Made by a program: the position numbers and the translations under genes. A DNA stretch of 45,116 bases from an uncultured Candidatus Bathyarchaeia archaeon (lineage in GTDB: Archaea > Thermoproteota > Bathyarchaeia > 40CM-2-53-6 > JALHTG01): positions 1-45,116 of the forward strand of contig CAYQCQ010000002.1 of assembly GCA_964416035.1 (NCBI GenBank), read 5' to 3'. A model generated the notes under the pieces. The model was not told the DNA's origin and ran no database searches. It was given only the letters and a program-made list of their open reading frames with translations. This document shows positions 9,996-18,918 of the stretch, in pieces. The stretch's first letter is position 1. Each line of letters opens with the position of its first letter.

Positions 9996-11021
9996 CTATC
10001 TGCGCCTTTTGACTTCGTCTTCTTCCGTGATATCCTGAATGCCTTCCCCAGTTACTTTGAAGATTTTTTCGCCTTCGGGTAGATATGGACTTGATACCAG
10101 CCGAGCGATCCTTACAGGTCCACTCGCGGTTCTCCTCAAAAAGATTCTTGTGTGAGAGGTGTGTGCGACGACGTGGCCTCCAACTGCTGCTACAGCCATG
10201 GCAAAGAACTGGTCGGGTCTGGCCATTACTTGGTTGGTAACGACTGCAGCCGCGTTGAACGCCCTCGCGAGCCTAACGAGTCGGTGCATGTGACTATTCA
10301 GTTTCTGCTGGCGCTCGGCAAGCATCTCCCTGCCGAGATACTCGCTTCGGAAATGCGCTGTCAGCGAATCTACAATTATGAGGCGAACATTGTTTTCTTT
10401 GATGACTTTGTCAGCCTTCTCCAAGAGAAGGATTTGGTGATCAGAATTATATGCTTCGGAATAGATTATCTTCTGCGCTATCTCTTTTGGATCCAGGCCG
10501 AGTGGCTCCGCCATACGGATGATCCACTCTGGCCGAAAAGTATTCTCGGTGTCCAGGTATAATGCGGCACCGTTCAGTCCTCCCCTCTCTTGAGGAAGTT
10601 GAGCGTTTACAGCCAGTTGATGGCATAGAACAGATTTTCCGACTCCGTATTCTCCGTAGAATTCGGTTATCGTCTGGGTTTCGAGTCCTCCTCCAACCAG
10701 CTCGTCGATTGCTTTGCTTCCTGTTGTTAAGCGCTGGATGTCCTGTCTCATCTTAATCAGTTCGTCGGCTCTTATGAATGTCAAGGCGATGCCGTCTCGG
10801 GCCTCGGAGATTATTTTCGCGGCTTGCTTTTCTCCGATTCCGGCCGGAACAAGTTCCCTCACAGTTGCGATGGCAACCGATTCAACAGTCTGGAAGCCTA
10901 GCTCACGAAGTTTCTCCGCTGTTGCCGGCCCAACCCCTGGAAGATCCTCAATAGTCTCATATTGCTTCTTTTTTTCGGGCTCTTCGTCTTTCTCTTTTGT
11001 TTTCTCTTTCTGATCTGCCAA
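9996..11021 (-). CDS. radA: DNA repair and recombination protein RadA
   Basis: 341 aa with a TTG start. It has the HhH N-domain 'IEDLPGVGPATAEKLRELGF', Walker A 'GEYGVGKS' and Walker B 'LIIVDS'. It is preceded by a ~20-aa K/E-rich extension. Confidence 0.95.
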   Translation of the reverse strand: MADQKEKTKEKDEEPEKKKQYETIEDLPGVGPATAEKLRELGFQTVESVAIATVRELVPAGIGEKQAAKIISEARDGIALTFIRADELIKMRQDIQRLTTGSKAIDELVGGGLETQTITEFYGEYGVGKSVLCHQLAVNAQLPQERGGLNGAALYLDTENTFRPEWIIRMAEPLGLDPKEIAQKIIYSEAYNSDHQILLLEKADKVIKENNVRLIIVDSLTAHFRSEYLGREMLAERQQKLNSHMHRLVRLARAFNAAAVVTNQVMARPDQFFAMAVAAVGGHVVAHTSHTRIFLRRTASGPVRIARLVSSPYLPEGEKIFKVTGEGIQDITEEDEVKRRR

Positions 11022-11061
11022 GAAGGCTCAACACCAAGACTTATTGAGTCTGTCGTCCTTC

Positions 11062-11071
11062 TATTATTTAA
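11062..11071 (-). promoter_or_regulatory. Candidate TATA box for radA
   Basis: Minus-strand TTAAATAATA lies about 41-50 nt upstream of the radA TTG start. Confidence 0.35.
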
Positions 11072-11347
11072 GGAAAAGAGAGAAATGAAAGTGTTTCAGT
11101 CGCTTGGACACGGCAAGGTTGATGTCGCTCATAATTGTGGCGATCTTTCTTGCCGCGATTTCATAGGAAAACTTGCTTACGATAGAGTATTTAATGGCGG
11201 CGTCAACGGCTTTAGCCTCATTGGACACAATCAAGTTGCTTGGTTCAAGAGCTGACACTTTGCTTGCGTCTGGAACGTAGAACCAGACCTTCGAGTGCCC
11301 ACATTTCTATTTGAGCCTTGTCGAGTGAACTCCTGAAAGAAAAGCTG

Positions 11348-11354
11348 TATATAT
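11348..11354 (+). promoter_or_regulatory. Candidate TATA box for the fumarate hydratase operon
   Basis: TATATAT lies 16-22 nt upstream of the GTG at 11370. This spacing suggests a leaderless transcript or use of the downstream TTG at 11394. Confidence 0.35.
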
Positions 11355-11369
11355 GCTGGTCTTAGAGGT

Positions 11370-12263
11370 GTGCGACCATACGGAGGATTCCTTTTGGGAA
11401 TTGAGGAAACGGTTGAGAAAACTGCCGTAGAGATCCTGAGGAGAGCGGTCGTCTACCTACCAAAGGATGTGAAGGAAGCTGTGAACAACGCCTACGAGAA
11501 GGAGACCTCTGAAGCCGGAAAAACGCAACTCAAAGCAATACTCGACAACATCAACTTGGGAGAGAGCGGAAAGACTCCTATCTGTCAAGACACAGGGATC
11601 GTTTTGTTCTATGCGACAGTAGGGAGAGACTTCGGTGACTGCTCCTTCGTGCCGCAAGTCTTGCGCGCTGCTGTGAAGACAGCCACTGTGGAGGTGCCAC
11701 TGAGACCGAACGCGGTCCACCCTCTAACAAGAAGAAACAGTGGAGACAACACGGGCTTGAACATGCCCTACATCAACTGGGACATAGGCGATGGAGATTA
11801 CATTGAACTAACGGCCATGCCCAAGGGCGCGGGATCAGAGAACATGAGCAGTTTCGCCATGTTGACGCCAGCGGAAGGGGTATCCGCTCTCAAACGATTC
11901 GTGATTGATCAAGTGATTAGAGCAGGCGCTCAACCTTGCCCCCCAACTATCATCGGCGTCGGAGTCGGAGGTTCAGCGGACATCGCTTTGAAACTGGCGA
12001 AGAAGGCTCTTCTTAGACCGATAAATGTGCGGCATCCAGAGCCGGAGATCGCTGATCTTGAGAAGGCTCTTCTAAACGCGATAAACATGACCGGGATAGG
12101 ACCCATGGGGCTGGGTGGAACCTTCACTTCATTAGGCGTAAACATAGAATACGCTCACTGTCACACAGCCAGCCTTCCCGTGGGATTAAACATGCAGTGC
12201 TGGGCTGCAAGACGGGCAACTGCACGCATCCACAGAGACGGGACCGTGGAGATGATGAGCTAG
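11370..12263 (+). CDS. fumA: Class I (Fe-S) fumarate hydratase, alpha subunit
   Basis: 297 aa with the Fe-S hydro-lyase alpha-subunit motif 'CQDTG' and Cys ligands. It is directly followed by the beta subunit. The exact start is uncertain (GTG 11370 or TTG 11394). Confidence 0.9.
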   Translation: MRPYGGFLLGIEETVEKTAVEILRRAVVYLPKDVKEAVNNAYEKETSEAGKTQLKAILDNINLGESGKTPICQDTGIVLFYATVGRDFGDCSFVPQVLRAAVKTATVEVPLRPNAVHPLTRRNSGDNTGLNMPYINWDIGDGDYIELTAMPKGAGSENMSSFAMLTPAEGVSALKRFVIDQVIRAGAQPCPPTIIGVGVGGSADIALKLAKKALLRPINVRHPEPEIADLEKALLNAINMTGIGPMGLGGTFTSLGVNIEYAHCHTASLPVGLNMQCWAARRATARIHRDGTVEMMS

Positions 12264-12275
12264 GGGGCGATTCAG

Positions 12276-12881
12276 ATGGCCACGTTCAAGTTCAGGACAC
12301 CAGTCAGTGAGACGGACGCCAGAAAGCCGAACATAGGAGACACTGTGTACGTCACCGGAATCATGATCACCGCTAGGGATCAGGCGCATAGACGGGCACT
12401 TGAACATGTTAGGACAGGAAAACCGATTCCAGTTAGCTTTGGGGAAGGCGTCATATTTCACTGTGGGCCGATAGCAGTTAAGGAGAAAGAACAGTGGAAA
12501 ATAGTGGCGGCCGGGCCAACGACGAGCACTAGAATGGAAGCCTACGAAGCAGAATTCATAGAGAAGCTCAGACCTCGGATCATTGTCGGAAAAGCTGGCA
12601 TGGGTGCCAAAACCGCTGAGGCAGCTAAGAGGTTTGGCGCGATGTATTGTGACTTTACGGGCGGAGCGGCTGTTCTGGCCTCGCAGCGAATAAAGGCAGT
12701 GAAAGGTGTGGAATGGTATGACTTGGGGATGCCCGAGGCACTTTGGATTCTGGAGGTTCAGGATTTCGGCCCGATGACCGTTACAATAGATTCACGCGGA
12801 AAGAATCTCCATGAGATCGTTCAAGGATCAGCACAGGAAAAACGAACAGAAATCCTAAGAGCTCTAGGAGTTTCACAATGA
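12276..12881 (+). CDS. fumB: Class I fumarate hydratase, beta subunit
   Basis: 201 aa. 'GDTVYVTGIMITARDQAHRR' and 'GKAGMG' are typical of the Fe-S hydro-lyase beta (swivel) subunit. Confidence 0.9.
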   Translation: MATFKFRTPVSETDARKPNIGDTVYVTGIMITARDQAHRRALEHVRTGKPIPVSFGEGVIFHCGPIAVKEKEQWKIVAAGPTTSTRMEAYEAEFIEKLRPRIIVGKAGMGAKTAEAAKRFGAMYCDFTGGAAVLASQRIKAVKGVEWYDLGMPEALWILEVQDFGPMTVTIDSRGKNLHEIVQGSAQEKRTEILRALGVSQ

Positions 12882-12901
12882 CACAAGCATCCTGCCAATC
12901 T

Positions 12902-12909
12902 TATATATG
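12902..12909 (+). promoter_or_regulatory. Candidate TATA box upstream of the reductase flavoprotein gene
   Basis: TTATATAT lies about 54 nt upstream of the ATG at 12963. Confidence 0.35.
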
Positions 12910-12962
12910 CGATAATGGGGTAGGAGCCGACAACCAAGTTAGATGGCTAGGTGTGAACTGGA

Positions 12963-13100
12963 ATGTCCTTTGAAACGATCACGACAGACGTTTTGGTTAT
13001 AGGTATGGGCGGGGCGGGAAGTAGAGCCGCAATAGAAGCCTCGAACTACAACGTACAGGTCACTCTCCTCAGCAAAGAGCTACTAGGCAAGGCCCACTAA
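12963..13100 (+). pseudogene. Detached N-terminal FAD-binding fragment of the fumarate reductase/succinate dehydrogenase flavoprotein
   Basis: My own translation gives 'MSFETITTDVLVIGMGGAGSRAAIEASNYNVQVTLLSKELLGKAH' followed by TAA (13098-13100). This is the GxGxxG Rossmann start missing from the 13129 ORF, which is in the +1 frame. Confidence 0.8.
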
Positions 13101-13128
13101 GGGCGCAAGAGCGCTTGGGCAGACTTGC

Positions 13129-14679
13129 ATGGCTGAGGGAGGAGTTAACGCCGCACTCGGAAACGTCGACCCGGAAGACAATTGGGAGATTCATTTCAAG
13201 GACACTGTCACGGGAGGAGCCTGGATCAACAACCAGAAACTAGTCGAAATCTTGGCAAGGGAAGGCCCCGAACGGATATTCGACCTTGAAGAATACGGAG
13301 CAGTTTTTGATCGTACACCAGAAGGAAAGATCGCTCAGAGACCCTTCGGTAAACAGAGCTATCGTAGAACGTGCTACGCGTCTGACAGAACTGGGCATGA
13401 ACTCATGGCAACTTTGGTCGAAGAGGTCAGACGCCGAGACATAGATGTGAAGGAAGAAGTATTCGTCAAAAATCTCTTGATGGCAAACAACACAGTTGTG
13501 GGCGCATTAGCAATCGAATACAAGACAGGAGATTTTCTCGTTTTCAAGTCGAAAGCCACAGTTCTAGCGGCTGGAGGCACAGGCCGAATCTACAAGATAA
13601 CATCAAACGCAGCTCAAGACACGGGCGACGGATACGCCATAGGCTATCGTGCCGGAGCGAGCCTCATAGACATGGAAATGTTTCAGTTTCACCCGACCGG
13701 AATGTTGACTCCAGAGTCGGTCCGAGGAGTGCTTGTAACCGAGGCAGTTAGGGGAGAAGGCGGGATACTTACAAACAAGAACAATGAACGTTTCATGAAG
13801 AGGTATGACCCTAACCTCGAATTGGCTGCTAGAGACGTAGTTGCCCGAGCGATTGCAACAGAGATTCTTGAAGGAAGAGGCACTCCTCGCGGAGGCGTCT
13901 ACCTCAATGTGTCTCACATAGACCCGCACATAATCGAGGAGCGCTTGAAAACTATGTTAAGACAGTTTCTCGATACAGGCGTAGACATACGAAAGGAACC
14001 AATGGAAGTTGCGCCGACAGCACATCATCTAATGGGAGGTCTCCTCGTCAGCGAGGAGGCGGCAACAGACCTCAAAGGATTATGGGCGGCAGGCGAGGTT
14101 GCGGGTGGCATCCAAGGCGGGAACCGCCTCGGCGGAAATGCTCTGCTTGACACTCAAGTCTTTGGGAAGAGAGCTGGCGAAAATGCTGCAAAATATGCGA
14201 AGAGCAACCAAAGTGGATCGATAGACCGTAAAGACGTGGAAAGAGAAATCAAGCGCGCACAGAGCTTCATGGATAGAAGAGAGGGAATAAGGCCAGTCAA
14301 AATCAAGAACAAGCTTGCCGAGCTGATGTGGGACAAGGTAGGCATTTTCAGAACGCGAAGTGAACTTCAGGAGACCATTTCTGAGATTGAACGAACTGAG
14401 AAAGCAGAAGTACCCAAACTCTGCGTCACAGGCAGCGGCACAAGATACAACCACGAATGGATCGAAGCGCTTGAGGTGGAGAACATGATCCTTGTGGCTG
14501 ACGCCATTGCGAGAGCAGCACTTATGAGAGAAGAGAGTCGGGGTGCCCATTATCGAAGGGACTTTCCGAAGACCGACAACAAGAACTGGTTCGTAAACAT
14601 CACGGTAAAGCATGAGAACGGCAAGATGACCTTCAAGAAAATCCCTGTAGTTGTGACTCTTCTAAGACCGGGGATGTAG
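13129..14679 (+). CDS. tfrA: Fumarate reductase / succinate dehydrogenase flavoprotein subunit (TfrA/SdhA-like), lacking its N-terminus in this frame
   Basis: 516-aa ORF. 'MAEGGVNAALG', 'HPTG', 'RGEGG' and 'HYRRDFP' are flavoprotein-subunit hallmarks. The frame is open from 13087 ('TKGARALGQTC' precedes the Met). Confidence 0.85.
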   Translation: MAEGGVNAALGNVDPEDNWEIHFKDTVTGGAWINNQKLVEILAREGPERIFDLEEYGAVFDRTPEGKIAQRPFGKQSYRRTCYASDRTGHELMATLVEEVRRRDIDVKEEVFVKNLLMANNTVVGALAIEYKTGDFLVFKSKATVLAAGGTGRIYKITSNAAQDTGDGYAIGYRAGASLIDMEMFQFHPTGMLTPESVRGVLVTEAVRGEGGILTNKNNERFMKRYDPNLELAARDVVARAIATEILEGRGTPRGGVYLNVSHIDPHIIEERLKTMLRQFLDTGVDIRKEPMEVAPTAHHLMGGLLVSEEAATDLKGLWAAGEVAGGIQGGNRLGGNALLDTQVFGKRAGENAAKYAKSNQSGSIDRKDVEREIKRAQSFMDRREGIRPVKIKNKLAELMWDKVGIFRTRSELQETISEIERTEKAEVPKLCVTGSGTRYNHEWIEALEVENMILVADAIARAALMREESRGAHYRRDFPKTDNKNWFVNITVKHENGKMTFKKIPVVVTLLRPGM

Positions 14680-14683
14680 GAAG

Positions 14684-16219
14684 ATGGTTGAGATGTTCAA
14701 TGTAAAGATCTTCCGATATGACCCAAACGTAGACAAGGAACCGTACTACAAAACCTACCGGATTCCGTACACAGAGGGAATGATGGTACTAGATGCTTTG
14801 ACCTATGTCTATGACCAAATTGACGGTACACTTGCATATCGCTGGGCATGTCGTGCAGGACAATGCGGATCCTGCGCGCTTATCGTAAATGGGAAACCCA
14901 ACATAGCGTGCCGAACTCCAATAGAAAAAGGGAAGGATATTACTCTCACACCTCTTCTCCAATTTCCGGTCGTGAAAGACCTAGTCGTAGACCTAGAGAG
15001 AGGTCAGCGAAGGATCGAGCGAATGCGTCCTTTTGTGCAGAGACTCAAGAAACCGTCCAGACCAGAAACAATCGCCACTGAAGCTATTGAGCCGATAAAA
15101 GAAATCCGAGAGTGCATTGAGTGCTGGTCGTGCATCTCGGCGTGTCCTGCGGTCGCAGAGGCTTGGCAAGACTTCTCTGGCCCAATGTTTCACGTCAAAC
15201 TGGCACGATTTCAATTTGACCAAAGAAACGTGGAAGATCGAGTGAAATTGGCTTTCATTGAAGGGCTATACAAGTGTACCACTTGCAGGGCGTGCGTGGA
15301 AGCATGCCCAAAGGAAATCAACATTCCTGAGAAAGCCATTGAGAAGATGAGAGCCATCGCAGCTAGGACGGGACTGGGACCTTTACCAGGACACGAGGAA
15401 TACACGAGTAGAGCGATCAAGTTCGGCAGAACTGTCGACAAGATAGGGACCTCACTGCTCGAAATGATCAAGACAGGACATGCGGCAAGAGTCAAGAACC
15501 CGAAAGACACTGTAGGCTACTTCCCAGGCTGCCTGACCGACTATCGGCTTCAGGGAATCGGCAAGGCCATCATAGAGATCCTCACCAAGAGCAACATCGA
15601 AGTCATCGTACCTTCCGAATTCACCTGTTGCGGCTCACCTCTCCTTAGGGCTGGCCTAGTAGACGAGGCGAAGAAGAACCTCGTACCGAAGAACGTAAAG
15701 ATCCTTGAGGAAATAGGCGTCAAGACCGTCATTACGGGTTGTCCCGGGTGTGCCATGACCATAAGGCGAAACTATCCTGAGCTGATCGAAAGACAACTTG
15801 GCTTCGAGATAATGCATTTCGCACAGTATGTGAGAAGAACAGACCTTAACATGCACATGGCGAAGCCAGTCAATATCAAAGCGACACTTCATAATCCTTG
15901 CCACCTAAACAGAGGCCTCGATGCGCCACATGATCTAGAAGATCTCATGAGAAAAATACCTGGCATCAATATGGTCGAAATGGAGGAGGCTGACAGATGC
16001 TGCGGCGCCGGAGGAGGCGTGCGTGCCGGTGAACGGTCGATGGCAATGATGATAGCTCGACGAAAAGGAGAACTGATCATAAACTCTGGCGCCGAAGCCT
16101 GCGTAACGCAATGTCCCTTCTGCTACATTCAGATACAGGACATTCTGAAACAGTTAGGCTACGAGCAGATTCAGGTGTACGACTTAGCCGAGTTGATTGC
16201 CAAGTCTTATCGGGGCTAA
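14684..16219 (+). CDS. tfrB: Iron-sulfur subunit fused to an HdrB-like CCG domain (thiol:fumarate reductase TfrB-type)
   Basis: 511 aa. It carries the 2Fe-2S motif 'CRAGQCGSC' and two 4Fe-4S motifs, 'CIECWSCISACP' and 'CTTCRACVEACP'. These are followed by two Cys-rich CCG repeats ('C...CCGSPL...CPGC' and 'C...CCGAGGG...CPFC'). Confidence 0.85.
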   Translation: MVEMFNVKIFRYDPNVDKEPYYKTYRIPYTEGMMVLDALTYVYDQIDGTLAYRWACRAGQCGSCALIVNGKPNIACRTPIEKGKDITLTPLLQFPVVKDLVVDLERGQRRIERMRPFVQRLKKPSRPETIATEAIEPIKEIRECIECWSCISACPAVAEAWQDFSGPMFHVKLARFQFDQRNVEDRVKLAFIEGLYKCTTCRACVEACPKEINIPEKAIEKMRAIAARTGLGPLPGHEEYTSRAIKFGRTVDKIGTSLLEMIKTGHAARVKNPKDTVGYFPGCLTDYRLQGIGKAIIEILTKSNIEVIVPSEFTCCGSPLLRAGLVDEAKKNLVPKNVKILEEIGVKTVITGCPGCAMTIRRNYPELIERQLGFEIMHFAQYVRRTDLNMHMAKPVNIKATLHNPCHLNRGLDAPHDLEDLMRKIPGINMVEMEEADRCCGAGGGVRAGERSMAMMIARRKGELIINSGAEACVTQCPFCYIQIQDILKQLGYEQIQVYDLAELIAKSYRG

Positions 16220-16434
16220 AAGGCCTGGGTCCTCATCACTACTCTCGCAGAGAAGCCGAGAACAGGCAAAGCTGAATATGGAACACTTTTCGTCGCGTGT
16301 CGTTGAGAGATCTGATAAAGAGCGCGGGGCAGTCGACAATTATTTTCTTTCCACCCAAGCCGAAATACTCAGTTGTGGCTGGTTGCTCTCTCAGCAAACC
16401 TCCTACCGCCGCCACACATTGTTTGACTCTTTTT

Positions 16435-17013
16435 CTAGCTTCTGGTTCGAACGACTTTGAGGAGATCTGCTCTTGTAACTATGCCTGATGGATGGCCTCT
16501 TTTCGTGAGAATCACTGCGGAGCTATATTGGAGAAGGGCCACTACAGCGGAAAGGAGGGAATCCTCATCTAGTTGGGGAAAAGGCTCATCCATAATGTCT
16601 TCGACGTGTCCACGGGAGAGTTCCGACAGATTCCTGCCCTTCGCTATTTGGGTGAGTATGGATTTCTCTGAGATACTGCCTACGGCGAAGCCGCTATCGA
16701 GGACTGGAAGCTGTGAGAAACCTGTTTGCCTCATGACTGCAGTGGCTCTTGCGACAAGGTCCTGTCGACGCACTCCAACAACTTTCCGGCTGGCTATCTC
16801 CTTGGCCTTGGTCTCAACCTTTCTTTCCAATTCTTCGAGCGCGTCAAATATCTTCTTGGTTCCTTCATAAGAAGGACTGACCTTGAGGGCTTCAATCTTA
16901 GCTATCATGGATTGGCTGACGCCCGCTAAGAGAGCCAAATCATTCTGAGTAAGGCCGAGGTTCCTTCTCCGCCTCGGTATCTCCTGCAACTGAGGAAGCA
17001 TACTGCTAGACAT
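16435..17013 (-). CDS. Transcriptional regulator, XRE-type HTH fused to a CBS-domain pair
   Basis: 192 aa with the HTH 'LGLTQNDLALLAGVSQSMIAKIE' followed by two CBS repeats. It is divergent from the SAM synthetase gene. Confidence 0.85.
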   Translation of the reverse strand: MSSSMLPQLQEIPRRRRNLGLTQNDLALLAGVSQSMIAKIEALKVSPSYEGTKKIFDALEELERKVETKAKEIASRKVVGVRRQDLVARATAVMRQTGFSQLPVLDSGFAVGSISEKSILTQIAKGRNLSELSRGHVEDIMDEPFPQLDEDSLLSAVVALLQYSSAVILTKRGHPSGIVTRADLLKVVRTRS

Positions 17014-17029
17014 GGCGAGCGCTGTCTAT

Positions 17030-17047
17030 ATTCCTTTAGGAATATTC
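17030..17047. promoter_or_regulatory. Perfect 18-bp palindrome ATATTCCT-TT-AGGAATAT (candidate operator overlapping divergent TATA-like elements)
   Basis: Read directly from the sequence: 8-bp arms and a 2-bp spacer. It lies 17-34 nt from the regulator ATG (17013) and upstream of the SAM synthetase starts (17072/17105). Confidence 0.5.
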
Positions 17048-17071
17048 CGTGTACGAAGGCATTAATAGTGA

Positions 17072-18322
17072 ATGCTCGTCTTTTCTCGTCGCGAGGCTGC
17101 GCTAATGCGGAAGATCACGGTAAACGAGTTGAAGCAGGTGCCCTTGGAGAAACAAGGAGTTGAAATCGTTGAGAGAAAGGGGCTGGGACATCCGGATTAT
17201 ATCTGCGATTCTATAATGAACGAGATCTCAATCGCCCTGAGTAAAGAGTATGCACGGCGTTTTGGAGAAATCTTTCACCACAACATTGACAAGGGGCTTC
17301 TCGTCGCTGGTGAGACTGAGGGGCGTTTTGGAGGGGGCGTGATCAAGCGGCCCATGCTCATGGTTTTTGGAGACAGGGCGACCTTTCAGATCGATAAAGA
17401 CAGGATCGATGTTGACAGGATCGCCGTTGAAACAGCCAAGAACTGGTTCAGAACGAAGCTCAGATTCGTTGACCCGGAAAGACATGTGAAGTATCAGGTT
17501 GAGATCAGGCCCGGCTCGGCTGAGCTTACAGACATATTCAAACGAAGAGAATCTGGGGGGCAGTTCCTCGGCGCGAATGACACGTCTGCAGCAGTTGGAT
17601 ACGCCCCCCCGACCCCGACGGAAAGGCTGGTTCTCGAGACAGAGAGGCATCTGAACTCGCCGGACTTCAAGAAGAGTTTCCCCGAAAGCGGAGAAGACAT
17701 CAAGGTCATGGCGCTGAGACACAATGATCGACTCGAACTCACAGTTTCGATGGCCTTTGTCGACAGGTTCATAGGAAGTGAGAGCGACTACTTCACAAAG
17801 AAGGAGTCAATACTTGAAGCGTTAAGAAGCTTCCTAGAATCGAAGACGACCTTCAACAAGGTTGACATAGACTTCAATACGTTGGATGCAAGCGGAAGAG
17901 GACTCTCAGGGATCTATACAACGGTCACTGGCACATCAGCCGACGACGCTGACAGCGGTCAGGTAGGAAGAGGAAACCGAGTCAACGGAATAATCCCCTT
18001 GAATAGACCCTCCAGTTCAGAGGCAGCTGCAGGAAAGAACCCTGTCAGCCATGTCGGCAAGATCTACAACCTGCTCAGCTTCAAGATCGCCGACAGAATA
18101 CAGAGAGAGATCTCCGGCATCGAAGAAGTGTATGTCTGGCTTTTGAGTAAGATAGGGATACCAATCGATCAGCCCGCGATAGCGTCGGCGCAGCTTGTTC
18201 TCTCGAATGCGACAAGAATAGAGGATGTGTCGCCTCAGGCAAGAAATATCTTGGATGATGAATTGGGCAGATTGGACCGTTTCTGCGAGGAATTGGTGGA
18301 GGGAAAGATACCTGTCTGCTAG
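17072..18322 (+). CDS. mat: Archaeal-type S-adenosylmethionine synthetase
   Basis: 416-aa ORF. 'GLGHPDYICDSI' and the overall layout match the archaeal MAT family. The likely true start is Met12 (nt 17105, 'MRKITVNEL'). Confidence 0.9.
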   Translation: MLVFSRREAALMRKITVNELKQVPLEKQGVEIVERKGLGHPDYICDSIMNEISIALSKEYARRFGEIFHHNIDKGLLVAGETEGRFGGGVIKRPMLMVFGDRATFQIDKDRIDVDRIAVETAKNWFRTKLRFVDPERHVKYQVEIRPGSAELTDIFKRRESGGQFLGANDTSAAVGYAPPTPTERLVLETERHLNSPDFKKSFPESGEDIKVMALRHNDRLELTVSMAFVDRFIGSESDYFTKKESILEALRSFLESKTTFNKVDIDFNTLDASGRGLSGIYTTVTGTSADDADSGQVGRGNRVNGIIPLNRPSSSEAAAGKNPVSHVGKIYNLLSFKIADRIQREISGIEEVYVWLLSKIGIPIDQPAIASAQLVLSNATRIEDVSPQARNILDDELGRLDRFCEELVEGKIPVC

Positions 18323-18918
18323 CTCTCCCCCTTTTTCTCCCCGTCCTTGACTGGAGACAATTCCTCGAAGAGCCTTTCGAGCTGCCGCCTCATCAGCCTA
18401 ACATCTTGGCTCAGGTTAAAGTAGTCTGCGAAGGTCTGCGTCGTCCTCAAAACTTTAGTTCGCCCAAGCTTCGACTCCGAAATCAGCTGGAGATCCTCAA
18501 GCTGCCTCACATGGTCGTACGTCAGTTTTCCCCGAACCCTCACTACGTAGGACTGGGTCACCGGTTGCTTGAAGGCAATGAAAGACAGAGTTCTCAACGG
18601 GCCGGGAGTCAGCAGCTTTCTCGTGGCGAGCTTCTTGACTGCGCTGACGTATCCTGGTTTCAGCTGCATCACGAACCTTCCGTCCTGGAGTTCAAGCACC
18701 TCAAGCGATGTATCAGACTGCCTATATCGTTCTGCCACCAACCTAGCGATCTCCTTAACCTTGTCCTGTGATCTCATCTTGGCGACGGAGGCAAGGGTCT
18801 GAAGATCAAGTGGTTTTCCGGCTACGTAGAGCGCACCCTCAATGAGTTGGAACTTGTTCTTATCTGTTGAAACGCCTACAGGTTCATTCTGCGCCAACCT
18901 GAGAAACCATCCCTGCAA
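18319..18918 (-). CDS. scpB: Segregation and condensation protein B
   Basis: 199 aa with 'LIEGALYVAGKPLDLQTLA' and tandem winged-helix layout. It sits downstream of scpA and overlaps it. Confidence 0.85.
   Translation of the reverse strand: MQGWFLRLAQNEPVGVSTDKNKFQLIEGALYVAGKPLDLQTLASVAKMRSQDKVKEIARLVAERYRQSDTSLEVLELQDGRFVMQLKPGYVSAVKKLATRKLLTPGPLRTLSFIAFKQPVTQSYVVRVRGKLTYDHVRQLEDLQLISESKLGRTKVLRTTQTFADYFNLSQDVRLMRRQLERLFEELSPVKDGEKKGES

Noticed and set aside
11064-11258. 64-aa minus-strand ORF (and overlapping 97-aa plus-strand ORF) in the radA-fumA intergenic region.
   Set aside because: No motif is present. Its stop would sit inside the candidate radA TATA box. The region is better explained as a divergent promoter region.
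16441-16452. tRNA T-loop-like 'GGTTCGAAC'.
   Set aside because: It lies inside the C-terminal codons of the HTH-CBS regulator ('KVVRTRS'). No acceptor, D or anticodon arms can be drawn around it. I found no tRNA, rRNA or CRISPR repeats in any intergenic gap over 100 nt.
18319-18322. Convergent mat and scpB genes share a palindromic CTAG, so both stop codons (TAG) overlap.
   Set aside because: This is real but trivial. It reflects compact gene packing, not a regulatory element I can argue for.
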